A DNA stretch of 64,000 nucleotides from an uncultured bacterium. GTDB taxonomy: Bacteria; Margulisbacteria; WOR-1; CAVSGV01. The notes beneath the pieces were generated by a model, which was given only the letters and a program-made list of their open reading frames with translations, was not told where the DNA came from and did no database searches. Position 1 is the first letter of the stretch. The number at the start of each line of letters is the position of its first letter. The position numbers were made by a program, and so were the translations under genes. This document shows positions 53,493-64,000 of this stretch, piece after piece. The stretch spans positions 276,253 through 340,252 of the forward strand of contig CAVYHE010000003.1 of NCBI GenBank assembly GCA_963768305.1. Direction: 5' to 3'.

Positions 53493-54515
53493 ATTACCGC
53501 CAGTTCCTTGGGAGATTTTGTCAGGATCTCGCAACCGCCTTTTGTGACCAGGACCATGTCCTCCACCCTGAACCCGCCGAACCCGCGCAGGTAAACTCCC
53601 GGTTCCACCGTGATGACCATCCCTTCTTTCAGGATATCCTTGCTGGCCAATGACACTCGCGGCCCTTCGTGGACCTGAAGCCCTATGCCGTGGCCCGTTG
53701 CATGGTCGAAATATTTGTCAAGTTTTTCTTGTTTAAGCGAATCTCTCGCTGCTTTATCCACTTCCGAAGCTGTTACGCCCGCCCTGACTTTGGATATCGC
53801 ATTCAACTGGGCGCGAAGAACGGCATCATATATCTTTCGCGTCTTTTCGGACGGTTTGCCTATAGAGACCATCCTTGTTATGTCGCTGTTGTACCCTTTG
53901 TACTTTCGCCCCGAAATCCATCACAAGATGGTCCCCTTTCTTCACTTTCTTGTCCGTCGGCTTCCCGTGGGCGTGCGCCGATAGTTTCCCGGAGGACACG
54001 AGGGTTTCAAATGACGGCAGGTCGCCCTTGAAGGTCTTGATCAGATAATCGATATGGGCGGATATCTCAAGCTCAGTCATCCCGGCCTTGATTATCCTTG
54101 TGATGCAGTCGAATGTGAGGTCGGCGATGAGAGCGGCCTTCCTGATGAGGTCGATCTCTTTTTTGATTTTTACCATCCTCTTGCCGCGCAGCTCATCGCT
54201 GATGGAGCGGAACTTGACGCCAGGGAATTTTGCCTTCAGCTTATTGAACGATTCCACTGTCATCCTGTCGTCCTCATATCCGATCTCGCGGACTTTTTCT
54301 TTTTTCAGGATATCGATCGCCTTATCAAGGAGAGATAGAATGCAGCGGCGCCTGTACACATTGATGCCCTCGTAGGCTTCGGATCGCGCCTGTATGGTAT
54401 ATCTGCCGTCGACTATCAGGGTTGAGGATCTGTCGCGTTCGATAAGAAGCGCAACGCTTCCGGTGAACCCGGAAAAATAACGGATGTTCGGTTCGCTTGT
54501 GATGAGCCTTATCAT
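53489..54515 (-). CDS. Xaa-Pro aminopeptidase (M24; frameshifted)
   Basis: YFSGFTGS, HATGHGIGLQVHE, TVEPGVY, RVEDM. Confidence 0.9.
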
Positions 54516-54953
54516 TATTTTATGAGGTCGATCGCGGCTTTAAGTCCGAGAAGGTAACTGTTCTTCCCGAAACCGGATATCTGGCCGGCAGCTACCGGAG
54601 CGATCACGGATGTCTGCCGGAATTCTTCGCGCGCGTATATGTTCGAAAGGTGCACTTCCACCGTCGGGATCTTAACGGATGAGATAGCGTCGCGTATGGC
54701 CACGGAAGAGTGCGTATATCCTCCGGGGTTGATCACTATGGCGCCGTATTTCTTTTTTGCTTTCTGGATGTGATCTATTATCTCCCCTTCGATGTTGGTC
54801 TGGACCGTGTCGATGAGAGACGCCTTCTTTTTTCGCAAGTTTTTTGAGCTCGGCGTTTATCTTATCAAGCGTGACCTTGCCGTAGACGTTCGGCTCCCTC
54901 TCTCCCAGGAGGTTCAGGTTCGGGCCATGGATGATGAGTATTTTCTTTGCCAT
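54515..54953 (-). CDS. aroQ: Type II 3-dehydroquinate dehydratase (frameshifted)
   Basis: [29 protein letters not shown]. Confidence 0.93.
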
Positions 54954-55003
54954 TGGGGGGATTATAACAGGGAAAATATGCGGAAACAATATTGAATTGG
55001 AAT

Positions 55004-55731
55004 GTTACCTTTTATTCCGGAACATCAGGTCCCTGTTCTTTAAGATCATTTTGTCCAGCAATTTCATTAATCTCTTGTCATTATAATAGATCATTTGTTG
55101 TAAGTATCCCAGTCGGGTCTCACGGCATATCTTGAAAGCCAGGCGTACGCTGATCTTCCATACGCTTGGTGGGAAGCCAAAGCCTGTCCATAAGTGTCCG
55201 GCTTGCTTCGCTGTTGTCCTTAAGTCCGATCATGAGGGAAGCAAGATAAATGGACATGTTGAAAGCGTTATTATTGATGTCTTTAGCCCTTTGGTCAACA
55301 TCGATCACATGATTGAATATCTCGTACCACTTGCGCCTGATGTCGGCGGGCTGTGAACGCTCAAGAAGCTTTTCTAGTCACTTCTTCATAGCCGAATACA
55401 TTTGCAGAGTTCGACCGGTCTGTTTTTGAAATCCCGAACGGTTTGAATTGTTTTCGGATCACAGATGATCACTTTGGGATGAAATCAAGCGGATGCGGAA
55501 GACCGATGATGTAAGAAAGGTCATGGGCTAATTTGTCATCAAGCTCCCTGTCGTCCTTGTTAAAACATCCGTCCGTGTAAACGGACCCATTTTTCGCGCT
55601 CGGCAAAGCGGATACGTTTTCGCCAAGTGTTTGGATGCGCGCGTCCCCAATTTTTTCCGCAAAACATCCCCGATCGGGAGCTTGCTGTGAAGCATCCCAT
55701 TGCGGGATTTAAATGTGATCGGACCGTTCAT
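55004..55731 (-). other. Fragmented hypothetical gene (extent uncertain)
   Basis: Short minus-strand ORF pieces starting MNGPITFK at 55731. Confidence 0.35.
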
Positions 55732-55821
55732 ACATTATATTATCCGCAAAAATGCGTGAAAATTTCACTTTTCCCCATTCCCTCGCTAGTCAGAATTATG
55801 ATATAATTTCGCTCTGATTTT

Positions 55822-57871
55822 ATGCCAAGGATAAATTTTCACGATCTGAATATTTTGAAGAAGCTCGGCCCTGTCCTGCCGAAAGAAAGAAGCAACAGGA
55901 TCATACTGTACTTCATAATTTTAGCGGCGATATTAAGCGGCCTGTTCCTTCAGATATTGACCCAGCTTCCGAACGTGGAAACGATAAGCGTGTTCTCCCC
56001 TTCCGAAACCACCGAAATATACGCTTCGGACGGGACGGTCCTGGCCAAAGCTTCACAGGGAAGAGAACCGATACGTTATCCCGCTTGAAAAGATATCGCC
56101 CATACTCCAGAAGGCGGTCATCGCCATAGAAGATGAAAGATTTTACCATCACAGAGGGATAGATCTTTACGGCATAGCCAGGGCCGCCGCGACAAATGTC
56201 ATAAAGAAAAAAGTCGAAGAAGGCGGAAGCACGATTACCCAGCAATTGGCGCGGAATCTTTTCCTCACAAAAAAGAAATCCATCACAAGAAAGATAGCCG
56301 AAATCGTCCTTGCCCTGCAGATAGAGAGAAGATACACGAAATCGGAAATACTCGAACTATATTTAAATCAGATCTACTGGGGCCATAACGCTTACGGCAT
56401 AGAATCCGCTTCCCAGCTTTACTTTAACAAGCACGCATCCGACCTTAACCTCGCTGAAGCGTCCATGCTGGCGGGGATAATCGAGGGGCCCGAAAAATAT
56501 TCCCCCTACAAGAACCCGGATGGCGCCAAGCAAAGACAGGAGACCGTTCTTTCGAAAATGGTGGAGCTCGGCGTCATCACAGAAGCTTCTGCGAACGCGG
56601 CAAAAAGACAGCCGCTCATGCTCTCCACCGAAACGCCGAACAGGTATAAATATATCGCTCCATATTTTACGACCTATGTCATAAACCAGCTCATAGACAA
56701 GTTCGGCGAATACACCGTTTACAACGGAGGTTTAAGGGTGTACACGACCCTGGACATGAACAAACAGAAAGTCGCCGACGACGTCGTGCATAAATTTCTT
56801 TCGGAAGAAGGCCCGACTTATAATTTTTCCCAGGCGGCGCTGGTCTCTATTGATCCCCGAACAGGATACATCCGCGCGATGGTCGGAGGCGCCAGCTTCG
56901 AGGTTTCCGAATTCAACAGGGCATGGCAGTCCAAAAGGCAGCCCGGTTCATCCTTCAAGGCTTACGTTTACACCGCCGCAATGGAATTGGGCGTGTCACC
57001 GGGATTCATTCTGGATGACTCACCCGTAACATACGAGGTCCCCGCAGATGAATGGAACCCGGAGGGAAAATGGGAGCCGAAGAATTTTGATGAAAAATAC
57101 AGAGGCAAGGTCACCGTGCAGATGGCTTTTGAGCGTTCGCTCAACATCCCTTCCGTAAGGTTGATAGACAAGATCGGCGTGGGCAATGTCATTGACGTTG
57201 CAAAAAGGATGGGGATAACAAGCCCGCTAAAGAGATCGCTCGGCCTCACTTTGGGAATATCAGAAGTATCTGTCCTTGAAATGACATCCGCGTACGGCGT
57301 CTTCGCTAACGGGGGCATCCGCGTGGAACCGACCGCGATAATCAGGATAGAAGGCCCGCGCCATCAGCTTATCTACAATCACACGATCGCCGAAAAGAGA
57401 GTGCTTGATAAGAACATTGCCGCGGTTATGGTGGACCTGATGCAGGGCGTCCTCCTGCGCGGCACAGGCGTAAGGGGGAACATAGACCGGCCGGCGGGGG
57501 CCAAGACCGGAACCACGGAGGAATTCAAGGACGCGTGGTTCATTGGATATGTCCCCCAGCTTGTCACGGGAATATGGGTTGGCAATGACAATAATGAGCC
57601 GATGGAAGGCGTGACCGAAGTCGCCGTTACCCCGAGGATGTGGAAAGCGTTCATGTCGAACGTACTCTTCGACGAGCCCGTCATTGATTTCCCGAAGCCC
57701 GAAGGCCTGGTCGAAGAAGCAATATGCCTGGATTCCGGCAAACTCCCGAACGAGTACTGCCCCGGCGACAGGATAGTAAAAGCCAAGTTCTGGTGGAACG
57801 ACAGGCCCACGGAAAAATGCACCTATCACCCCACAACGGAAGCCCAGCCTGACTACGTCAACGGGAAATAA
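55822..57871 (+). CDS. Class A penicillin-binding protein (PBP1A family; frameshift ~56050)
   Basis: EDERFY, GGSTITQQL, RQPGSSFK, SLN, KTGT. Confidence 0.93.
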
Positions 57872-57873
57872 AA

Positions 57874-59284
57874 ATGATAAAATTCGGGACTGACGGATGG
57901 CGCGCCGTAATTTCCGATGAGTTCACTTTTGAAAATGTCAGGAAAGTAGCCCAGGCATACTGCAATTATTTAATAAAGAACAGCCTTGCCGGTCCGGGCA
58001 TAGCTATCGGCTATGATAACAGGTTCGAATCCGAGAATTTCGCCCTGGAATCCGCGAAGGTCGCGGCGGCGAACAAGATCAAGGTTTTTCTCGCGGAACA
58101 TTCTGTCCCCTCTCCCGTCGTTTCATTTGTCGTAAAAAACAGGTCATTAGGCGGCGGGATAATGATGACCGCGTCGCACAATCCTCCGCGAATGGAACGG
58201 CTTCAAGATAAAATCCCAGTTCGCGTGTTCGGCTTCGCAGGAAATAACCAGGGCGGTCGAAGCCGAGCTTTCCAATGTGAAAGAGCCTTTAATATCAACA
58301 AAGCCTTCAGATCTTATCCAAAAGATCGATCCAAGAAAAGAATATTTTGATCATATTTCCGGTTTCGTTGATCTCGGCAAGATAAAACAAGCCGGGCTCA
58401 AGATAGTCATTGACCCGATGCACGGCAGCGCGGCCGGCTATGTAAAGGACATTCTTTCGAGCAATGGGATCGCCTGTCAGCAGATCAATGAAACAAGAGA
58501 TCCTTTGTTCGGCGGCGTTAACCCCGAACCGATTCCAGTCAATTTGATGGAGCTATCGGATGTCATAAAAGACGGAAGCCTTCAGGAACAGGGAATTTGG
58601 ATCGGGCTTGCCACCGACGGTGACGGCGATAGGATAGGCGGAGTGGACGGCCATGGCGGGTTCCTGACATCACATGATATGTTTGTCCTGCTTCTCAAGC
58701 ATCTTGTGGAGAACAAAAAACTTTCCGGTTCGGTCATAAAAACTTTCAATATCACGAACCTTGTCGTGATGATGGCGAAAAAATACGGCCTGACAGTTCA
58801 CGAAACACCCATCGGCTTCAAATATATCGCCGACTACATGTTAAAAGAGGATGTTCTGATCGGCGGCGAGGAATCAGGCGGCATCGGGATCAAAGGCCAC
58901 ATACCCGAGCGCGACGGCGTGCTTAATTCGCTGCTGATACTTGAGTGTTTAGCGAGTTTTAAAAAGGAAGCAAGAGAGATATTGAACAATGTCATGGATG
59001 AGTTCGGTCATTTCTATTATGACAGGATCGACATTCATTTGACCGAAGAACAAAGAGATAAGGCCAGAACGAAACTCGCCGGATTCAAACCTGATAAGTT
59101 CATAGGCGAAAAGGTAGTTGATATCCAAACTATGGACGGCGTAAAGATGTTCTTGAAAGATAAAAGCTGGATACTTTTCAGATTGTCAGGGACCGAGCCG
59201 CTTATCAGGATCTACTCCGAAGCCACCTCGCCCGAAAGAACTAAACTGATGCTGTCTGAGGGGGAAAAGCTTCTGCTCGGCTGA
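57874..59284 (+). CDS. Phosphoglucomutase/phosphomannomutase (frameshift ~58190)
   Basis: FGTDGWR, TASHNP, DGDGDR, GGEESGG, SGTEP. Confidence 0.93.
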
Positions 59285-59292
59285 TCATCTGT

Positions 59293-59360
59293 CGGAACCC
59301 GCGAATAAATTCGCGGTTCCGTGACACTTGACTGGAACCGAGACTTTAGTCTCAGGTTCC
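59293..59360. repeat. Two REP-like hairpins between convergent genes
   Basis: GGAACCCGCGAATAAATTCGCGGTTCC and GGAACCGAGACTTTAGTCTCAGGTTCC. Confidence 0.6.
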
Positions 59361-59373
59361 AAAGCATCTCTGA

Positions 59374-60763
59374 TCACTGCCCCGTTTTTTGCTGGATCTC
59401 TTTCTCGAATTTCTCTTTCTTGGCTATCCTCGCAAGCTCGGACCGCTCGTTTGCCGCGTCGGATGCGGCGCCTATCTTGTCGAATATTTTTTCAAGACTC
59501 CTTATGCATGTCCTTGTTGTCGCCCGCGATAAGGGAAGCTTTCCTGAAGCATGGTGAGAGCGGATTCTTTTTTACCGAGTTCTGGTATGCTTCGCCGACG
59601 GCTATGAGGATGCCCGTGTCGGCGCCGCTCAGGTCCGCGGCTTTTCCGTATTCCAGCGACGGCAAGTTCATTGTTCTTCGCGCATCCTGTACGCGTGCCC
59701 CAGCAAAAGGTGAACATAGGGATTTGAAGGGTCTTCCATCGCCGCCTGATTATAAGCTGAGATGGCTTCGCTCAGTTTCCCGGAAGCTAAAAGCGAATTG
59801 GCCTTGATCAAAGGGTCGTTGATCTCGATCTTAACTTGTCTTGAAAGCGTCATCCTGCCAATTCTTAACGGCCTGATCCTGCTTTTCGGCAAGGATGACT
59901 CTCGTTCATATCTTTTCCTTTTGTATTGATCTTCCTTAGCCGGGAATCTTCAAGCTGGATTATATGATAGCCGAAATCGGTTCTTACTACATCGCTCACT
60001 TCGCCTGGCTTTAACGCAAAAACCGCTTTTTCGAACTCCGGAAGCATCATCCCTGTCGTGAAATATCCCAGGTCCCCGCCTTTCCAGGCGGTCCCCTCAT
60101 CGTCGGAATATTTGGCGGCAAGCGATGCAAAATTCCCGCCCTGTTTGATCTTCATCAGCAATTCTTCCGCTTTTTTGCTTCAACTCCTTATCTTCTTTCA
60201 TGCCCCGGCGCCTTGAAAGCGATCAATATATGCCTTGCCCTAACTTCCCTCAGATCATCGGCCGATATGGTCACACCCGACTTAATTTTGTCGCTCATTT
60301 TTGCCAGATAGATATCATTCTTGATCATCTCCCTAAAATCGTCGTAATTCAGCCCGTTTTGAGCAAGAGCGCGCTTTAATGTTTCCGTGTCTTTTATCTT
60401 GTTCGCCTCCATTATCTTGCCGACGGCCTGGTCCACTTCTCCCCCGCTGACCCCAACATGTTTTTTTGCGTCATTCAGCATTACGGTCTGGGTTATTACC
60501 TGCTGAAGAGCCGCGGCCTGATACATCATTAATGTTTCCGGCGTTACCGTCCCTTTTGCCCGCGACAGTCATGTCCTGTAAACCTGCTCGAATTTTTTAT
60601 GGTCTATCTCATTTCCGTTTACGGTCGCAATTGAGCCCTTTTTTGGGCTTTCTTTAACGTTCTTTATCCCCATATAGCCGATCCCGTAGAACATCGTCGC
60701 CCCGAAAAGCACCGCAACTATCACCATTATCGTTTTCATTTTCCTTCTCAAATACGAAAGCAT
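59374..60763 (-). CDS. SurA/PrsA-like parvulin PPIase with C-terminal TPR (frameshifted)
   Basis: VRARHILI, FASLAAKYSDD, GGDLG, FGYHII; TPR-like tail. Confidence 0.85.
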
Positions 60764-60777
60764 TTAGTTCCCTCCTC

Positions 60778-61665
60778 TTAATCGAATTCCTTCAGAGACT
60801 TTGAAACTGAAATATACCCGCCCATCATCCCCAGGACCACGCCAACGCATCCCACGATAAGATACACAGCTATGAGATGCCTCTGATCGCTTATCAGAGG
60901 CAGGAACGGCATGGCCAGGCTCAGCTGCATAAGGACAACATCATACGATATTTTCAGGATAACGAATGAGAATACCGCCCCGATAAGCCCTATTAACAAT
61001 CCTTCGATAATGAACGGCCACTTGATGAACGCGTCGGTCGCGCCGACAAGTTTCATGATGGATATGTCTTTTTCGCGCGCGATGACCGTTAATCTTATCG
61101 TGTTTATCACTATCAACAGGGTCGCTACAGAAAGCATGCATACCAGTATCAATCCCCCGACCCTGACAGCGGAAGCGAGCGACTCCACCTGCCCGATGAG
61201 CTTCCCGCTGTACCTGACCTCGGATATTAAAGGCACAGAGGATACGTGTTTGGCGACCTCCGGGACCAGCTCCGGGACCTGGACTTCAATAATGAACGTG
61301 TCCGGAAGAGGGTTGTCGGACATGACATCATCAAGGTTGAGGGTGCCGCTGTATTCTTTCTTGAATTTTTGCCACGCTTCATCCCTGGGAACATAGCTGA
61401 CATTCGACACGCCTCTTATCATTGAAATGCGGTTGATGATGCTGTCAACTTCATATTTTTCGAGCGACCTGTCCACGTAAGCGGATACCTGAACATTGCT
61501 GCTTATCGTCCCGATAATGCTGCCCAGGTTCACAACTCCCATAAGGAAGACGCCGAAGATCGTGAGAGAGACAATGACCGTGCCTATGGCCACAAAGCTC
61601 ATTATCCCGCTCCTTTTGAACCCGGTCCACGCTTCGCTTACGAAAAATTCAAGGCTGTTTAGCAT
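60778..61665 (-). CDS. ftsX: Cell division permease FtsX
   Basis: NPLPDTF, INTIRL, IMKLVGAT, PFIIEG. Confidence 0.92.
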   Translation of the reverse strand: MLNSLEFFVSEAWTGFKRSGIMSFVAIGTVIVSLTIFGVFLMGVVNLGSIIGTISSNVQVSAYVDRSLEKYEVDSIINRISMIRGVSNVSYVPRDEAWQKFKKEYSGTLNLDDVMSDNPLPDTFIIEVQVPELVPEVAKHVSSVPLISEVRYSGKLIGQVESLASAVRVGGLILVCMLSVATLLIVINTIRLTVIAREKDISIMKLVGATDAFIKWPFIIEGLLIGLIGAVFSFVILKISYDVVLMQLSLAMPFLPLISDQRHLIAVYLIVGCVGVVLGMMGGYISVSKSLKEFD

Positions 61666-62342
61666 GCCCGTAAACCCCCAGCTGTTCATCCCTTATTATC
61701 TGGCCTGCTTCAAGCGCTATGACGCGCTTGCGCATTATGTCGACGATGTTCTTGTTGTGCGTGGTAACAATGACCGTGGTCTTTCTCCTGTTGATCTTGT
61801 CCAGTAAATTGATGATCTCCCACGATGTGGCCGGGTCCAGGTTGCCGGTCGGCTCATCTGCTATAAGCAGAGGAGGATTATTGACAATGGCCCTTGCGAT
61901 GCAGGCCCTCTGCTGTTCCCCTCCGGAAAGGTCCGCGGGAAAACTGTCCGCTTTTTTTTGCAGGCCGACAAGTTCAAGTGCCAGGCCAACATGCCTTCTT
62001 ATGGCAGACCTTGGATGCCCCATCACCTGCATTGCGAACGCGATGTTCTCCGATATTGTCCGTCTGGGCAGCAGCTTAAAGTCCTGAAAAACAATGCCCA
62101 TATTTCTTCTTAAATACGGAACCTGATAATGCTTCAAGTTCGGCCACATTGATCTTGTCCACAAAGACCTGGCCGGATGTAGGGAATTCTTCACGATATA
62201 GAAGCTTCATCAATGTGGTCTTTCCCGAGCCGCTCGTCCCGACGATAAAAACGAATTCTTCTTTGCCGATATGGAGGCTCACGTTGTGAAGCGCTTCAAA
62301 ACCGTTCGGGTAGACCTTGGAAACGCCAATAAGTTTGATCAT
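61649..62342 (-). CDS. ftsE: Cell division ATPase FtsE (frameshifted)
   Basis: GTSGSGKT, VFQDFKLL, LSGGEQQR, ADEPTGNLD. Confidence 0.92.
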
Positions 62343-62345
62343 TTA

Positions 62346-63614
62346 TTAACTGTTATAAAGAGGGAATTTTTTACAGAGTTCTTTGATCGACGAAGCCACT
62401 TCAAGCTTTATTTTCTCGTCATCCGGATTTGAAAGTCTTTTGTTAATGAATGAGCCGATCAGTTTCATTTCATTCTCTTTCATTCCCCTTGTGGTAAGCG
62501 CCGGCGTGCCTATCCTGATGCCGGAAGCGACCGATGCCGCCGCGGTCTCGAACGGGATGGTATTCTTGTTAACGGTTATTCCGATCTCATCCAGCATTAT
62601 TTCAGCCTGTTTTCCGGTCAGTTTTTTATTTCTCAGGTCCACAAGCATTAAATGCGTGTCGGTGCCGTTGGAAACAAGCCTGAACCCGTGTTTCATAAGT
62701 TCATCGGACAATGTTTTCGCGTTCTTGATTATCTGCTCCTGATATTTTTTAAATTCCGGTTTAAGCGCTTCGCCGAAAGCCACCGCTTTCGCGGCGATAA
62801 CGTGCATCAAGGGCCCGCCCTGGATCCCGGGAAAAATAGCTTTATTCACCTGTTTCGCGTAAATTTCCGGGCAGAATATCGCGCCGCCTCTCGGGCCCCG
62901 CAAAGTTTTATGCGTGGTGGTCGTTACCACATGCGAGCACGGTATCGGGGACGGATGAAGTCCGGCCGCGATGAGCCCCGCGATATGCGCCATATCAATG
63001 AAAAGGAATGCGCCGACTTCGTCGCATATCTCGCGCATTTTGACAAAATCGATGATCCTGGGATAAGCCGTGGCGCCTCCGACGATCATCTTCGGCCTGT
63101 GTTCTTTTGCCAGAGCCCGCATCTGGTCGTAATCCAGGAATTCATTGTCCTGCCTTACGCCGTATGAAATGAAATGGAAATACATTCCGGAAATATTCAC
63201 GGGGCTGCCGTGGGTAAGGTGCCCGCCGTGGGAAAGATTAAGCCCCATCACCGTATCGCCGGGTTTGATGAACGCCATGTACGCGGCCAGGTTCGCCTGG
63301 GAGCCGGAATGCGGCTGGACGTTGGCGTGTTCACAGTGAAAAATCTTTTTTGCTCTTTCTATTGCCAGTGTTTCGACTATGTCAACATATTCGCAGCCGC
63401 CGTAATATCTTTTTCCCGGATAGCCTTCCGCGTATTTGTTGGTGAGGACGGTGCCCTGAGCTTCCATAACGGCGCGGCTTGTGAAATTTTCCGAGGCGAT
63501 CATCTCCAGCTTGTTCTGCTGGCGGTCGAATTCAAGATCAATTGCTTTGGCAACTTCAGGGTCGAGCTTCCTGATATGGTCGATATTGAAATGCATTTGA
63601 AAATATTTTACCAC
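62346..63614 (-). CDS. glyA: Serine hydroxymethyltransferase
   Basis: [27 protein letters not shown]. Confidence 0.97.
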   Translation of the reverse strand: MVKYFQMHFNIDHIRKLDPEVAKAIDLEFDRQQNKLEMIASENFTSRAVMEAQGTVLTNKYAEGYPGKRYYGGCEYVDIVETLAIERAKKIFHCEHANVQPHSGSQANLAAYMAFIKPGDTVMGLNLSHGGHLTHGSPVNISGMYFHFISYGVRQDNEFLDYDQMRALAKEHRPKMIVGGATAYPRIIDFVKMREICDEVGAFLFIDMAHIAGLIAAGLHPSPIPCSHVVTTTTHKTLRGPRGGAIFCPEIYAKQVNKAIFPGIQGGPLMHVIAAKAVAFGEALKPEFKKYQEQIIKNAKTLSDELMKHGFRLVSNGTDTHLMLVDLRNKKLTGKQAEIMLDEIGITVNKNTIPFETAAASVASGIRIGTPALTTRGMKENEMKLIGSFINKRLSNPDDEKIKLEVASSIKELCKKFPLYNS

Positions 63615-63629
63615 GAAGGCGGAACTCCG

Positions 63630-64000
63630 TCAATTTCTAGGCTTTACCACGGGTATTGTTGTTCTGTGTTTTGCAGAAGCGGAAGAAACGCCGAACTGGG
63701 AATTATCAATTTTAATGTCATCCAGGAACCAGCCTCTGAACCCATTATACTCTTGATCAACAGTGTCGAATGTAAATTTTATCTGTATGACCTTCCCGGC
63801 ATAAGCAGAGAGATCGAAAACATGGTTCACCCATATTCCAGGCTGATTGAACCCGCCGGAAGTATATGCTTCCCAGCTTGCGCCGTTGACGGGATCTTGA
63901 GTGGGGTTTAAGCTTCCAATTGGGACCCAGGTCGTGTATGGGCTTTGCAAAACATAAATATTCATGGAATCATAGCCCGATGATGGATTTCTTGATTCTA
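63630..64000 (-). CDS. 3' part of extracellular beta-sandwich protein (partial)
   Basis: FDLSAYAGKVIQIKFTFD..GWFLDDIKI (MAM/cleaved-adhesin-like). Confidence 0.6.
   Translation of the reverse strand, partial: ESRNPSSGYDSMNIYVLQSPYTTWVPIGSLNPTQDPVNGASWEAYTSGGFNQPGIWVNHVFDLSAYAGKVIQIKFTFDTVDQEYNGFRGWFLDDIKIDNSQFGVSSASAKHRTTIPVVKPRN

Overview
Bacterial chromosomal window from a diderm organism (Lpt/Mla genes). The gene style loosely suggests Ca. Saganbacteria/Margulisbacteria, but that is an unverified impression. Core genes fill 1-22.4 kb (lptD-mlaDFE-nnrD-acpS-ilvE-argS-pheA-dCMP deaminase-transketolase; murB/C/G-ftsW-murD-mraY; secG-gpmI) and 45-64 kb (pgk-gap, lptA/C-like, rodA, trpE, ispD, M24 peptidase, aroQ, PBP1A, PMM/PGM, PPIase, ftsEX, glyA). 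Many essential genes carry 1-bp frameshifts, most likely sequencing or assembly indels. A ~22.6-kb accessory region splits pgk from gpmI at a tRNA-Ala(CGC). Its core is a 19.9-kb element (24201-44103) integrated by a large serine recombinase at a TGG core at the tRNA 3' end. The element also carries an internal, inverted, intact copy of its own joined attP junction (~1.05 kb, 40797-41843), so the excised circle would have two long inverted repeats, each with a recombination site. Cargo includes a catalytically degenerate tyrosine-recombinase domain fused to a P-loop ATPase and TM helices, preceded by iteron-like repeats that match a palindrome in the att arm. It also includes a stand-alone FtsZ C-terminal domain, YdjM-like and Wza-like envelope proteins, a C1 protease, a two-gene nuclease defence candidate, a type IIG/ISP-like R-M gene and a strongly adenine-depleted DprA/SLOG gene. 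All family assignments are by motif recognition; no database searches were run.
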